DNA of 41,265 nucleotides. It comes from a virus. Every line of letters starts with the position of its first letter. Within the stretch, counting starts at the first letter, position 1. Shown here piece after piece: positions 33,506 to 40,802 of this stretch. The stretch spans positions 1-41,265 of the IMG/VR virus record IMGVR_UViG_3300045988_152616. The stretch is one strand, 5' to 3'. A model generated the notes under the pieces. The model made no database searches. It saw only the letters and a list, made by a program, of their open reading frames with translations, and had not been told where the DNA came from. The position numbers and the translations under genes are program-made.

Positions 33506-35182
33506 TCACAATCGAATGGCTCCAACAGGCGGAATTTCCACCGGCATCCCGTCCCCCAACGTTGGCTCAACAACCATGCTGGCCACCAAGGCCATAAACG
33601 GGTCCGTTTTCCGGCTTCTGGCTTCAATCTTGGCGTAAATAAAATTTCCTGTATCCACACCGAGCTGACGGCTGCTTGCCACCCGCTTGGTGTTGTTCAC
33701 CGCCCACCGAAGACACGGATTGTCCCCCCAGTGGAACAGGCCACGGTCAAAGCATTCTTGAATGACTGGTTCCACCTGCATGATGTCAGACGGGCGAATC
33801 ATCTTGACTCGGGTCTTGTCCGCTGCGTCAAAGCCGATCTTTCGCAGGCTCTCCGAAACTAACGTCCACCTGTAGTGGTCCATGGCAAGCATTTTCAGGT
33901 TGTATTTCTCCGCCGCCTTGGCAATGTATTGGGCCAGCAAGTCCGGATGGATGGACACATCGTCCACCACTGTTACCAGCCCGCGTTCAGCCCACTCTTT
34001 CCACGGAGCTTTCACACGGCTCAGCATTCTTGATTGTAAGCACATCCAGGCGTGGTTGATGTCGTAGCGTTCCGCTCCCCTGCGAAAGTGCAGATTCACT
34101 GCCGCCCAGTCGGACAGCTCGGCATAGTCTATCCCGACGGTGCAGGACCATCCCTGAAGATCTGGTACCGTTTGGTTTGTGGCCTTGACCTTCTCATAAT
34201 CGGTCACCGCGATCTCCTTGAAGCCAGCACGGATTCCCATGCGTTTGGTAATGAAATCCCCATTCTGCTCCGGGTGGTCTTTCCAATCCCGGTACTCGTC
34301 CGCGATCTCTTGTTGGAGGTGCGGCATGTAGTACAACGACGGATTTGCCATGAACCAGTTTTCTGGATCGTGAACTTGGTCCTTAGACTCCAGGCAGCAG
34401 ATGAAGGGAAGAAACCCGTTGTCCTCCTCCCCCTCAAACAGGATCCTTCGTCCTCTGGCCAGATAATCGTCCAGCGGTCCATCCGAAACTTCTCCGTTGG
34501 AGGTGAAGATTCCGACGCGCGGCTGGGCCACCTTCCCCTGGCCGGTGATAAACACCTTAATATTGTCATAGTTCTCAAAGGCATGGACCTCGTTGAACAC
34601 TACCTTACCAGAGCGCATACCGTCCCGGCCCTTCGGGTTATTGGTCCGCCCCTTCATAACCCCTTTGTTCTTTCGGCCTTGGATCAGTTCTTTGGTATGG
34701 TAGTAGTGCTTTCGCAGCTTGTTCTCCCACTTCGGCGTCTCCAAAACCTCTGCCAGATCCTTGACCGGCGTGACGGCCTGTTCCTCATTGTTGGCACAGA
34801 TGTCAACATTGTAGTGAGCGACCGGATTGTACGGAGAGATGGAACACGCAGAATCGAACGCAATGAATCCATCCTTCCCAGCACCACGGCCTACCATGCA
34901 GAGAACCGTTTTCCACCGTGGCGTCCCGTCCGCTTTGTAGGTGCAATCCCAAAGCGTAAGCAAGAATTCCTCCCAGGGGAAGAGCCGATCATAGGGGAAA
35001 TACTTTACCAACCCGAGGTAACGCCCAAGCTGCTCAAGATCCACATGGATGTCCTCTTGGGAAAACACGCGCCGAACATAAGCCGCCAACGCATGTTGTT
35101 CCATGCAAGCCCGCGGTATATCCTGTTCCACGCTCTCTAAATATCCAAGGACCTCTTTAGGGATCTCACAGGGCATCGTCAT
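33506..35182 (-). CDS. terL: Terminase large subunit (start uncertain: 35176, 35182 or 35233)
   Basis: About 558 aa. Walker-like VLCMVGRGAGKDG. Called from synteny with the small subunit and portal. Confidence 0.9.
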   Translation of the reverse strand: MTMPCEIPKEVLGYLESVEQDIPRACMEQHALAAYVRRVFSQEDIHVDLEQLGRYLGLVKYFPYDRLFPWEEFLLTLWDCTYKADGTPRWKTVLCMVGRGAGKDGFIAFDSACSISPYNPVAHYNVDICANNEEQAVTPVKDLAEVLETPKWENKLRKHYYHTKELIQGRKNKGVMKGRTNNPKGRDGMRSGKVVFNEVHAFENYDNIKVFITGQGKVAQPRVGIFTSNGEVSDGPLDDYLARGRRILFEGEEDNGFLPFICCLESKDQVHDPENWFMANPSLYYMPHLQQEIADEYRDWKDHPEQNGDFITKRMGIRAGFKEIAVTDYEKVKATNQTVPDLQGWSCTVGIDYAELSDWAAVNLHFRRGAERYDINHAWMCLQSRMLSRVKAPWKEWAERGLVTVVDDVSIHPDLLAQYIAKAAEKYNLKMLAMDHYRWTLVSESLRKIGFDAADKTRVKMIRPSDIMQVEPVIQECFDRGLFHWGDNPCLRWAVNNTKRVASSRQLGVDTGNFIYAKIEARSRKTDPFMALVASMVVEPTLGDGMPVEIPPVGAIRL

Positions 35183-35528
35183 CACCACCGGATGGTTTCG
35201 CATTAAGCGCCTGATCCTGGAACCCGAGGGCACGCCAGATATTTAACATCTGGGAAGAGATTCGGGCGATCTTCTCTACGCTCTTGTTGTCTGTGGTTCC
35301 CTTCTGGTTGGCACCGTTTTGGTACTCCACATACACCCCGCGCTCCGCGATATCTTCGGCCAGCATTTTCTCCAGGCACCACAGACTCATGTACTCGTTG
35401 ACCTTATCCACATAAGGCCGGCTCACCAGCCCGCGGGATTGAAGATCCTCCAACAGATCTTCGCGAAGCTGCTTGTAATCCGCGGTCTTTTCGTAAACCG
35501 CGCACAGACCAGATGCCTTTTTCGGCAT
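35166..35528 (-). CDS. terS: Terminase small subunit (P27 family)
   Basis: 120 aa. Called from the pattern ...LVSRPYVDKVNEYMSLW...VEYQNGANQKGTTDNKSV and its position. Confidence 0.8.
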   Translation of the reverse strand: MPKKASGLCAVYEKTADYKQLREDLLEDLQSRGLVSRPYVDKVNEYMSLWCLEKMLAEDIAERGVYVEYQNGANQKGTTDNKSVEKIARISSQMLNIWRALGFQDQALNAKPSGGDDDAL

Positions 35529-35643
35529 GTTATCACCTCACCTATACGCATAGTATAGTATATACAGAAAGGACTGCACCCCACACGACCGGCCGTTTTC
35601 GACCTCACCTCGTTTTTTTTCGAGGGGGGGGTACAAAAATTTT
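35529..35643. other. Candidate cos/packaging-initiation region
   Basis: Intergenic between the HNH endonuclease and terS genes. Contains a G8 run (35624-35631), a T8 run and a CCTCG/CGAGG inverted repeat. Confidence 0.4.
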
Positions 35644-35985
35644 TCAGTCCCACCGCTCGTCCGTCAGCCAAACTTTTCGTGCGGGAAATTTTTTCTGCGA
35701 TTCCGGATGTAAATCCTCATGGCATTTTTTGCAAACGCATTCGAGGTTCCTTCTTCCGTTCTCATCGAACACACTCAGCGCAAGGTCTGGCCTGTCCTTA
35801 AGATGGTTTATGTGGTGGACGATATACCCTTTAGTGTATCGCCCTTTCTTCCTACACTCTTGACATTCGAAATGATCGAGCCTCAACACCTCGGCCTTAA
35901 GCTTTCTCCACTCCGGCCAGGAGTAGAATGCATCCACGTTGTCTGCAGCAACCATCCCGGAGAGTTCTTGTAGGGTGTGGGGCAT
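35644..35985 (-). CDS. HNH endonuclease (terminase-associated)
   Basis: 113 aa. CQECRKKG...HHINHL...CKKCHEDLH. Confidence 0.9.
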   Translation of the reverse strand: MPHTLQELSGMVAADNVDAFYSWPEWRKLKAEVLRLDHFECQECRKKGRYTKGYIVHHINHLKDRPDLALSVFDENGRRNLECVCKKCHEDLHPESQKKFPARKVWLTDERWD

Positions 35986-36052
35986 AATATCATTTCACAT
36001 CCCAGTAATATCTACGTTCCCATAAATGAACATATATTATTTAGTCCCAATC

Positions 36053-36368
36053 TTACTTCTTGTTGCAAAACACATCTTCGTCCGGCATTACAAACCTGTA
36101 GTTAAAAACAATAGCTCCTGCTCTTGTTACCATATTGTCGATGTTTTGGTACGGAACCGATATTCCATTGCTTGTTACCAGCTGAGTATCTGCCGGCATC
36201 CCTGCGAACGAAGTCTTTAATGAACATATCCTACCAGGCGCAACTTGTACCACATCCCCCTCCGAGATATGTACACCGTTCAGAGACGAACTTCCATTAG
36301 TTAAGTCAAGGACAAAGTGGAAGCTCGCCCCTCTGCCCCCCCCCATAAATCACAGGGTTTGTAATCAT
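36053..36368 (-). pseudogene. Small beta-rich protein gene interrupted by a G9 homopolymer (paralogue of 36393..36650)
   Basis: ATG 36368 has AAGGAG 9 nt upstream and encodes MITNPVIYGGG, then shifts frame in the C9/G9 run at 36336-36344. With G8 it would read through into ORF 36053..36346. The N-terminus (MI.NP) and C-terminus (FVMP.E.V) parallel the neighbouring gene. Confidence 0.55.
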
Positions 36369-36392
36369 ATTGATACACTCCTTATCTCTAGT

Positions 36393-36650
36393 TCATACGA
36401 CAACTACATTTTCAGCGGGCATAACAAACTCACAGTTTTTTTCCCTTCCTCCAAACTCATTATACGGAACAGTCTTGCCAGATTCCGTTCTGACGTTTGG
36501 GCTTGGGCCATTTCCAAGATAATACGCACTATGGACAAATTCCCCTGCGGAGGCATTGCTTGGAAATCCATAGTAAATCACACCTCCGCTATCAAGTTCT
36601 GTTATTGTGAATACCCCCCCAGTTTTAGGGGCGAATGGATTGTTTATCAT
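36393..36650 (-). CDS. Small beta-rich protein (85 aa), pattern reminiscent of a single divergent InlB B-repeat
   Basis: ORF track. ...SGKTVPYNEFGGREKNCEFVMPAENVVVV. Lower-GC region. Confidence 0.55.
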   Translation of the reverse strand: MINNPFAPKTGGVFTITELDSGGVIYYGFPSNASAGEFVHSAYYLGNGPSPNVRTESGKTVPYNEFGGREKNCEFVMPAENVVVV

Positions 36651-36651
36651 G

Positions 36652-36894
36652 TTAATCTCTCCTTGCTAAAAGATACTCTTCATATAGTCTGATGAGCAGA
36701 TACCGCAGATCGTCCGGAGTAAGCCCACGGTCTTTTGCAAAACATATGAGGTCGCTCCACACGGAATTCATCCGCTCTTTATGCCTCTGCATGTCCAGGT
36801 CGAATCTCTCCGGTTGGTATCCATATTTGCTGGACACCTCCCCGACCTTATGCTTTTTAATTCTACTTGCTCTTGATATGTTGTCTTGCATCAT
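36652..36894 (-). CDS. Hypothetical protein (80 aa)
   Basis: ORF track. The start lies 2 nt downstream of the tRNA 3-prime end. Confidence 0.5.
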   Translation of the reverse strand: MMQDNISRASRIKKHKVGEVSSKYGYQPERFDLDMQRHKERMNSVWSDLICFAKDRGLTPDDLRYLLIRLYEEYLLARRD

Positions 36895-36895
36895 A

Positions 36896-36971
36896 TGGTG
36901 GCTCCCCCTGGCCTCGAACCAGGATATTCCCGGTTATGAGCCGGGATCTCTGCCTCTTGAGATAGGGAACC
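36896..36971 (-). tRNA. tRNA with CAU anticodon (Met, or Ile2 if lysidinylated), 76 nt, CCA encoded
   Basis: Manual cloverleaf: GGTTCCC-TA-TCTC-AAGAGGCA-GAGA-T-CCCGG-CTCATAA-CCGGG-AATAT-CCTGG-TTCGAGG-CCAGG-GGGAGCC-A-CCA. All stems pair, with one G-U in the acceptor. Confidence 0.88.
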
Positions 36972-37166
36972 GTATATGGCCCTAAATCCTCGGGCCATGC
37001 TGCGGGTTGTTGTCCGGCTTTGCCCGCGAGCCGGGAAAAGAAGGAGGACCCGATATTCATGCCGCCTCGGTGCCGGGCGGCGAAGCGAAAACCCACTTCT
37101 CTTTTATTATACCATACCATTTTCTGAAATCTATGAAATTAGGGAAAGCGTCTTTGTACCCAATGC

Positions 37167-37652
37167 TTAAATCAAGAAAAAAGTTACTCCATCGACTTCT
37201 TTCCCTGATTGGATCCTACGGCTCACGCCGGATGGCGTCATGTAGTTGTCTGCGGCGGCTGCGATTATGGATGGATACGCCTTTCTCTTCCCGTCCCTTC
37301 CGACCATAGCGCATGGCTTCCTGTTTCCGGGTGCGTACATCAGATTGGAAAGAGCCAGGTTCTTTGGATCTCCATCGATCACGCCTACACTATACCCGTC
37401 TCTCTTCCCATCCATCCAGATGTCCCGCATAAGCGTTTTTATAGACATGTTTTTGACTGTCCCTTGTAGGTGGATGGCCACCATCATGTATCCCGCCCCG
37501 GAATTCCAAAACGTTTTCACGACGAATGGAGTTTTTCTCCCCCGCCACGGATGATAGCTGCGGATCCTCGCCATATTGGACAACTCGTACATCCCATCCG
37601 TCCCAGGAATCGGGCGCCATTGTTCATGTTCATTTGTGTTTTTCATGGACAT
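37167..37652 (-). CDS. NUMOD4/HNH_3-type homing-endonuclease-like protein (HNH apparently degenerate)
   Basis: EQWRPIPGTDGMYELSNMARIRS is a NUMOD4 motif. VGVIDGDPKNLALSNL aligns to the HH.DG...NN...NL motif but lacks the His residues. The C-terminal AYPSIIAAAADNYMTPSGVSRRIQSGKEVDGVTF is IENR1/NUMOD1-like. The likely start is the ATG at 37646. Confidence 0.7.
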   Translation of the reverse strand: MSMKNTNEHEQWRPIPGTDGMYELSNMARIRSYHPWRGRKTPFVVKTFWNSGAGYMMVAIHLQGTVKNMSIKTLMRDIWMDGKRDGYSVGVIDGDPKNLALSNLMYAPGNRKPCAMVGRDGKRKAYPSIIAAAADNYMTPSGVSRRIQSGKEVDGVTFFLI

Positions 37653-38136
37653 TCCTCATTTTCCCCAGATGAATATCTTCTGCATTGATCTTTCTGCAAA
37701 TAATTTTGTAGTTATCGTCAGTTACCAAATTAGGGCGTATCACCACGCACCGTCCCTCTCGATCAGCCTGGACCAGCTCCCGCAGCCGATCCAGGTCGTA
37801 CTCGTCGCCCAGGATGTCCTCGATGGCGGCGAGACGAAGGACAGCATCATCAACACCGCCTCGTATGCCCCACGATCCAGATTTTAAGGTGTGCGTTAAC
37901 CGCTTCACTTCTCTAGCCCCTCCGTTCTGGCTTTTTAGCTCAATGATTTCCTCCGGCTCCAGCCCGGTGTCCTCGTAGGCGGCGAGGCGGTCAATCATTT
38001 TCAAATAAGGGCATGTCCGATCTGAAACGTTTGGGCATTTAAACGCACTTTTGCAATATTCCGTGCTGCACAAAAATCCTCTTGTTTTTTTCCCAAATGT
38101 CACAAAATTACCATCTCGTTTTGTCAACCGTTCCAT
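37630..38136 (-). CDS. Hypothetical protein (168 aa)
   Basis: ORF track. Contains RLAAYEDTGLEPEEI, a motif I recall from many Firmicute phage proteins. Confidence 0.6.
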   Translation of the reverse strand: MERLTKRDGNFVTFGKKTRGFLCSTEYCKSAFKCPNVSDRTCPYLKMIDRLAAYEDTGLEPEEIIELKSQNGGAREVKRLTHTLKSGSWGIRGGVDDAVLRLAAIEDILGDEYDLDRLRELVQADREGRCVVIRPNLVTDDNYKIICRKINAEDIHLGKMRNVHEKHK

Positions 38137-38544
38137 TCAGTCCTCCTTCTTCGAACCGCGCCGCAGATACTTCGGCATACACTCTCCCCATGGCCCGAGG
38201 ATCTCCTGCGCCAGCTCCACGGCTTCTTCTTCATAGGTGTGGGGAATCTCTCCGTCCTTATCGACGTAGGCGAACCACATTTCTGCGAGGGCGCGTTTCA
38301 ATTTCTCGTTTTCTGCCTGGAGCGTGGAGAGGGCGGTGGTAAGGTCTTGGATCAACTCGTCCTCGATAGATTCTCTTTTACGGCTAAAACTTTTCCCTTT
38401 CCTGATCAGCTTCTCAATGTCCGTCCTGCTCTCTGCGGCAGACTTATCGGCCGTCACTCCATGCGGGCATGGCACGCCATCTGGCAAGTGGCACTCGGGC
38501 TGCCCGTTGTATTCGCACTCTTCATGTCCATAGCATTTAGTCAT
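38137..38544 (-). CDS. Hypothetical Cys/His-rich protein (135 aa)
   Basis: ATG 38544 (MTKCYGHEECE...) overlaps the upstream stop by 8 nt. Confidence 0.55.
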   Translation of the reverse strand: MTKCYGHEECEYNGQPECHLPDGVPCPHGVTADKSAAESRTDIEKLIRKGKSFSRKRESIEDELIQDLTTALSTLQAENEKLKRALAEMWFAYVDKDGEIPHTYEEEAVELAQEILGPWGECMPKYLRRGSKKED

Positions 38545-38830
38545 TATTGTCCTCTTCTCCCTCCGGTGGGCGGCGGTAGTAATCGGCGTAGCCAGCAGCC
38601 CGTCTACAATAAGCGCATGGAGCGCACTGCCCATCAAGGTAGTAGCACCCAGCACAGGTAAGCGGCTCGTTCGGCGGGGTGAGGGTGGGCTGTGCGTTGA
38701 TTTCCCACAGCACATCCTCCAGTAGGCCGACACCATCAGTATCGTCAACGTCCGTATGCGCGTCGATCCATTTCTGGACGGTTGCACGGAGTTCTGCTCT
38801 ATCGATCGGTTCAATCTGTCGTACTGCCAT
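38537..38830 (-). CDS. Hypothetical protein (97 aa)
   Basis: ATG 38830 after GGAGGTG. C-terminal Cys cluster CAGCYYLDGQCAPCAYC. Confidence 0.55.
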   Translation of the reverse strand: MAVRQIEPIDRAELRATVQKWIDAHTDVDDTDGVGLLEDVLWEINAQPTLTPPNEPLTCAGCYYLDGQCAPCAYCRRAAGYADYYRRPPEGEEDNND

Positions 38831-39002
38831 CTTTTTGCACCTCCAATCCATTCCCTCCAAACGGTCTATATTCAATTGGTTCTTGTTTCCCCTCCCAACG
38901 CCATCCACAGTATGGACAACTTTTGCAAGGAGTTGGCCGCCCTGTGCAAATTACACTATTTATTAGTATATCGCCACATTTAGGGCATGTCTCAACAATC
39001 AT
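38811..39002 (-). CDS. Small zinc-ribbon protein (63 aa)
   Basis: CPKCG...CKSCPYCGW. Confidence 0.55.
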   Translation of the reverse strand: MIVETCPKCGDILINSVICTGRPTPCKSCPYCGWRWEGKQEPIEYRPFGGNGLEVQKDGSTTD

Positions 39003-39035
39003 CTTTCAGCGCCTCCAATCTTATGCCCCCCTCTG

Positions 39036-39692
39036 TCAGATATGGCAGTCAACGATGGTCAGGTACCATCCGGCCTCAATCGCAGGCTGGATGAATCGCT
39101 CTTTGTACTCATCTCTGAACTGCTCCATCTCCTCCGGCGTTTCGGAGCTCATGCCCCACCACCCCATCTTACCTTTTGCGTGCCATGCGCCGTCCGGGGT
39201 CACAACCGCGTATGTGGAAAATCGTGTTTTTGCTTTGATATATGCCTCCTCTGAAGGATACAGCCGGTTGAAATATTCAGGCGTAAAAAACCTTCTAGCA
39301 AAGCAGGTCTCGAACGGTTCTAGGTTTTCGCGTCGGCGCTGCTCCATGGCATCGAAGTCAATGTCTGCCACCAGGCAGCAGTCGTATTCGTCATTTTTGT
39401 ACCTGCCGCCCCCGAAAATAGACGGCGTTCCGCGTAAGCCTGAGCCCTTGGCTGATACCAGCAGCCCTGGCCAGCGGCCTCCGAGCTGATACCAGTCCCA
39501 CTTGGCGTTTGGGTTCTCCCAATATCCGCGCTTTCCGGTTTCTTCGTCGACGTCGAAGTCCTCGTCCTCGACGAACGTCAGGTATTCTTTCGGGCAGTCA
39601 CCCATGTTGTTCTCCTGATAGGGGGCGAGGAGCCGGTCGACTTCTTCTTCCGTCCCGGTCTTTGTGAACACCGCAACTGTAAAGTGGCTCAT
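39036..39692 (-). CDS. Conserved phage hypothetical protein (218 aa)
   Basis: ORF track. NPNAKWDWYQLGGRW motif. Function unknown. Confidence 0.65.
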   Translation of the reverse strand: MSHFTVAVFTKTGTEEEVDRLLAPYQENNMGDCPKEYLTFVEDEDFDVDEETGKRGYWENPNAKWDWYQLGGRWPGLLVSAKGSGLRGTPSIFGGGRYKNDEYDCCLVADIDFDAMEQRRRENLEPFETCFARRFFTPEYFNRLYPSEEAYIKAKTRFSTYAVVTPDGAWHAKGKMGWWGMSSETPEEMEQFRDEYKERFIQPAIEAGWYLTIVDCHI

Positions 39693-40132
39693 TTTTTCAT
39701 TCCCTCCATTTCGTTAATTCTCTCCATCACCATCTGCACGGCTTCGTCCGTTAGCGGCCTCCCGCACACAGGGCAAAACTCAGCATTTGTCCAGACCACT
39801 TCGTCTCCGACAACAACCGAAAACCCACGGTCATCTAAAAGAGAACACTCCCAATTTTCAGACTTTTTGCCCTCGTTGTTACACCAAGAACAACCCATCC
39901 ACACCTTCTCCACCTGCTCCCTGGTGGGGGCCATATAATTCCTCCAGTTTACAATGCGCTCTTTTAGTTCTCTATTTTCAGCTTCCAGTTCATTCTCCCT
40001 TGTCGGTGGGATGAGAGCGTCTAGAGCAACATCCAAAGCGGCTATAAACTCGCTAATCCTGTCTGCTTCTCCACAGACCTCGATTCCTCCATTTTTCAAT
40101 ACCTTTATGGCTTCTTCCCTCGTCATGCTCAT
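39689..40132 (-). CDS. Hypothetical protein with CxxC...CxxC (147 aa)
   Basis: ATG 40132 after GGGGAGG. ATGA overlap with the upstream stop. Confidence 0.6.
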   Translation of the reverse strand: MSMTREEAIKVLKNGGIEVCGEADRISEFIAALDVALDALIPPTRENELEAENRELKERIVNWRNYMAPTREQVEKVWMGCSWCNNEGKKSENWECSLLDDRGFSVVVGDEVVWTNAEFCPVCGRPLTDEAVQMVMERINEMEGMKK

Positions 40133-40449
40133 GGGTGGGCCTCCCCAAAGAATAGTTGGCGAATCGAAAGAAGTTCTTTTTGTGCGTGATACCTCCATAT
40201 CCCGAGGTATTCGCTCAGGTTATCCGTTTCGATGTGGGAAGCAATCTCGACAACGCTCATGTCGGAAATTAAATTTCGTAATTCCTCAAAGTGTTCTTGG
40301 CTGCGACCATTTTTAAATGGTTCATCCGGTTCCCGCAACGCCTCCGCCGCCATCCGGTACATCTCCCGAGCGGCTGGGCCTGGCGGGTGCATGGTTTCAA
40401 ACCATTCGGCGGCTTGTTCTTTAGTGGCTTTCACTTTTCTCCCCTCCAT
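40129..40449 (-). CDS. Hypothetical protein (about 106 aa; alternative GTG start at 40434)
   Basis: The ORF-track N-terminus overlaps the HExxH gene. Internal starts lie near that gene's stop. Confidence 0.5.
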   Translation of the reverse strand: MEGRKVKATKEQAAEWFETMHPPGPAAREMYRMAAEALREPDEPFKNGRSQEHFEELRNLISDMSVVEIASHIETDNLSEYLGIWRYHAQKELLSIRQLFFGEAHP

Positions 40450-40789
40450 CGCCTTCACAAAACAACTCTTCGCAAAGTTTTTCATATCGTTCGTGGATTC
40501 TATCAAAAGCCTTTTGCCATTCTTTTCCGTGCCCAGCTTCAATTCCAACTGCAACATGAGCCAACTCATGCGCGAATGTTTCTGTCTGTATCACAACAGG
40601 TTCATTCGCGTTCAACTCAATCAACGGAGGGTTACCATCTCCAAATCCAGTGCGTCCGAATCCGTCCTTTATGTCTGGATTCCAAATCGCCTGAAAATTT
40701 CCTGCTTTCTCCGGATAAAGTTCCTTGAATGCCTCGAGCAGCAGGCAAAATGGATCATTCTCGAAGGGGCTCTGCATTAACTTTCTCAT
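40421..40789 (-). CDS. Putative zinc metallopeptidase (HExxH, SprT-like)
   Basis: 122 aa. TFAHELAHVAVGIEAGHGKEW. Confidence 0.6.
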   Translation of the reverse strand: MRKLMQSPFENDPFCLLLEAFKELYPEKAGNFQAIWNPDIKDGFGRTGFGDGNPPLIELNANEPVVIQTETFAHELAHVAVGIEAGHGKEWQKAFDRIHERYEKLCEELFCEGDGGEKSESH

Positions 40790-40802
40790 TGCATCTCCCT
40801 CC

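Noticed and set aside
35600-35635. CCTCG-T8-CGAGG hairpin as a terminator for the HNH gene.
   Set aside because: On the transcribed (minus) strand the loop is A8, and no U-tract follows the stem. It is more plausibly part of the packaging-site region.
36863-37120. 85-aa minus-strand ORF.
   Set aside because: It reads straight through the well-folded tRNA(CAU) and a GC-rich hairpin region, and it has no RBS.
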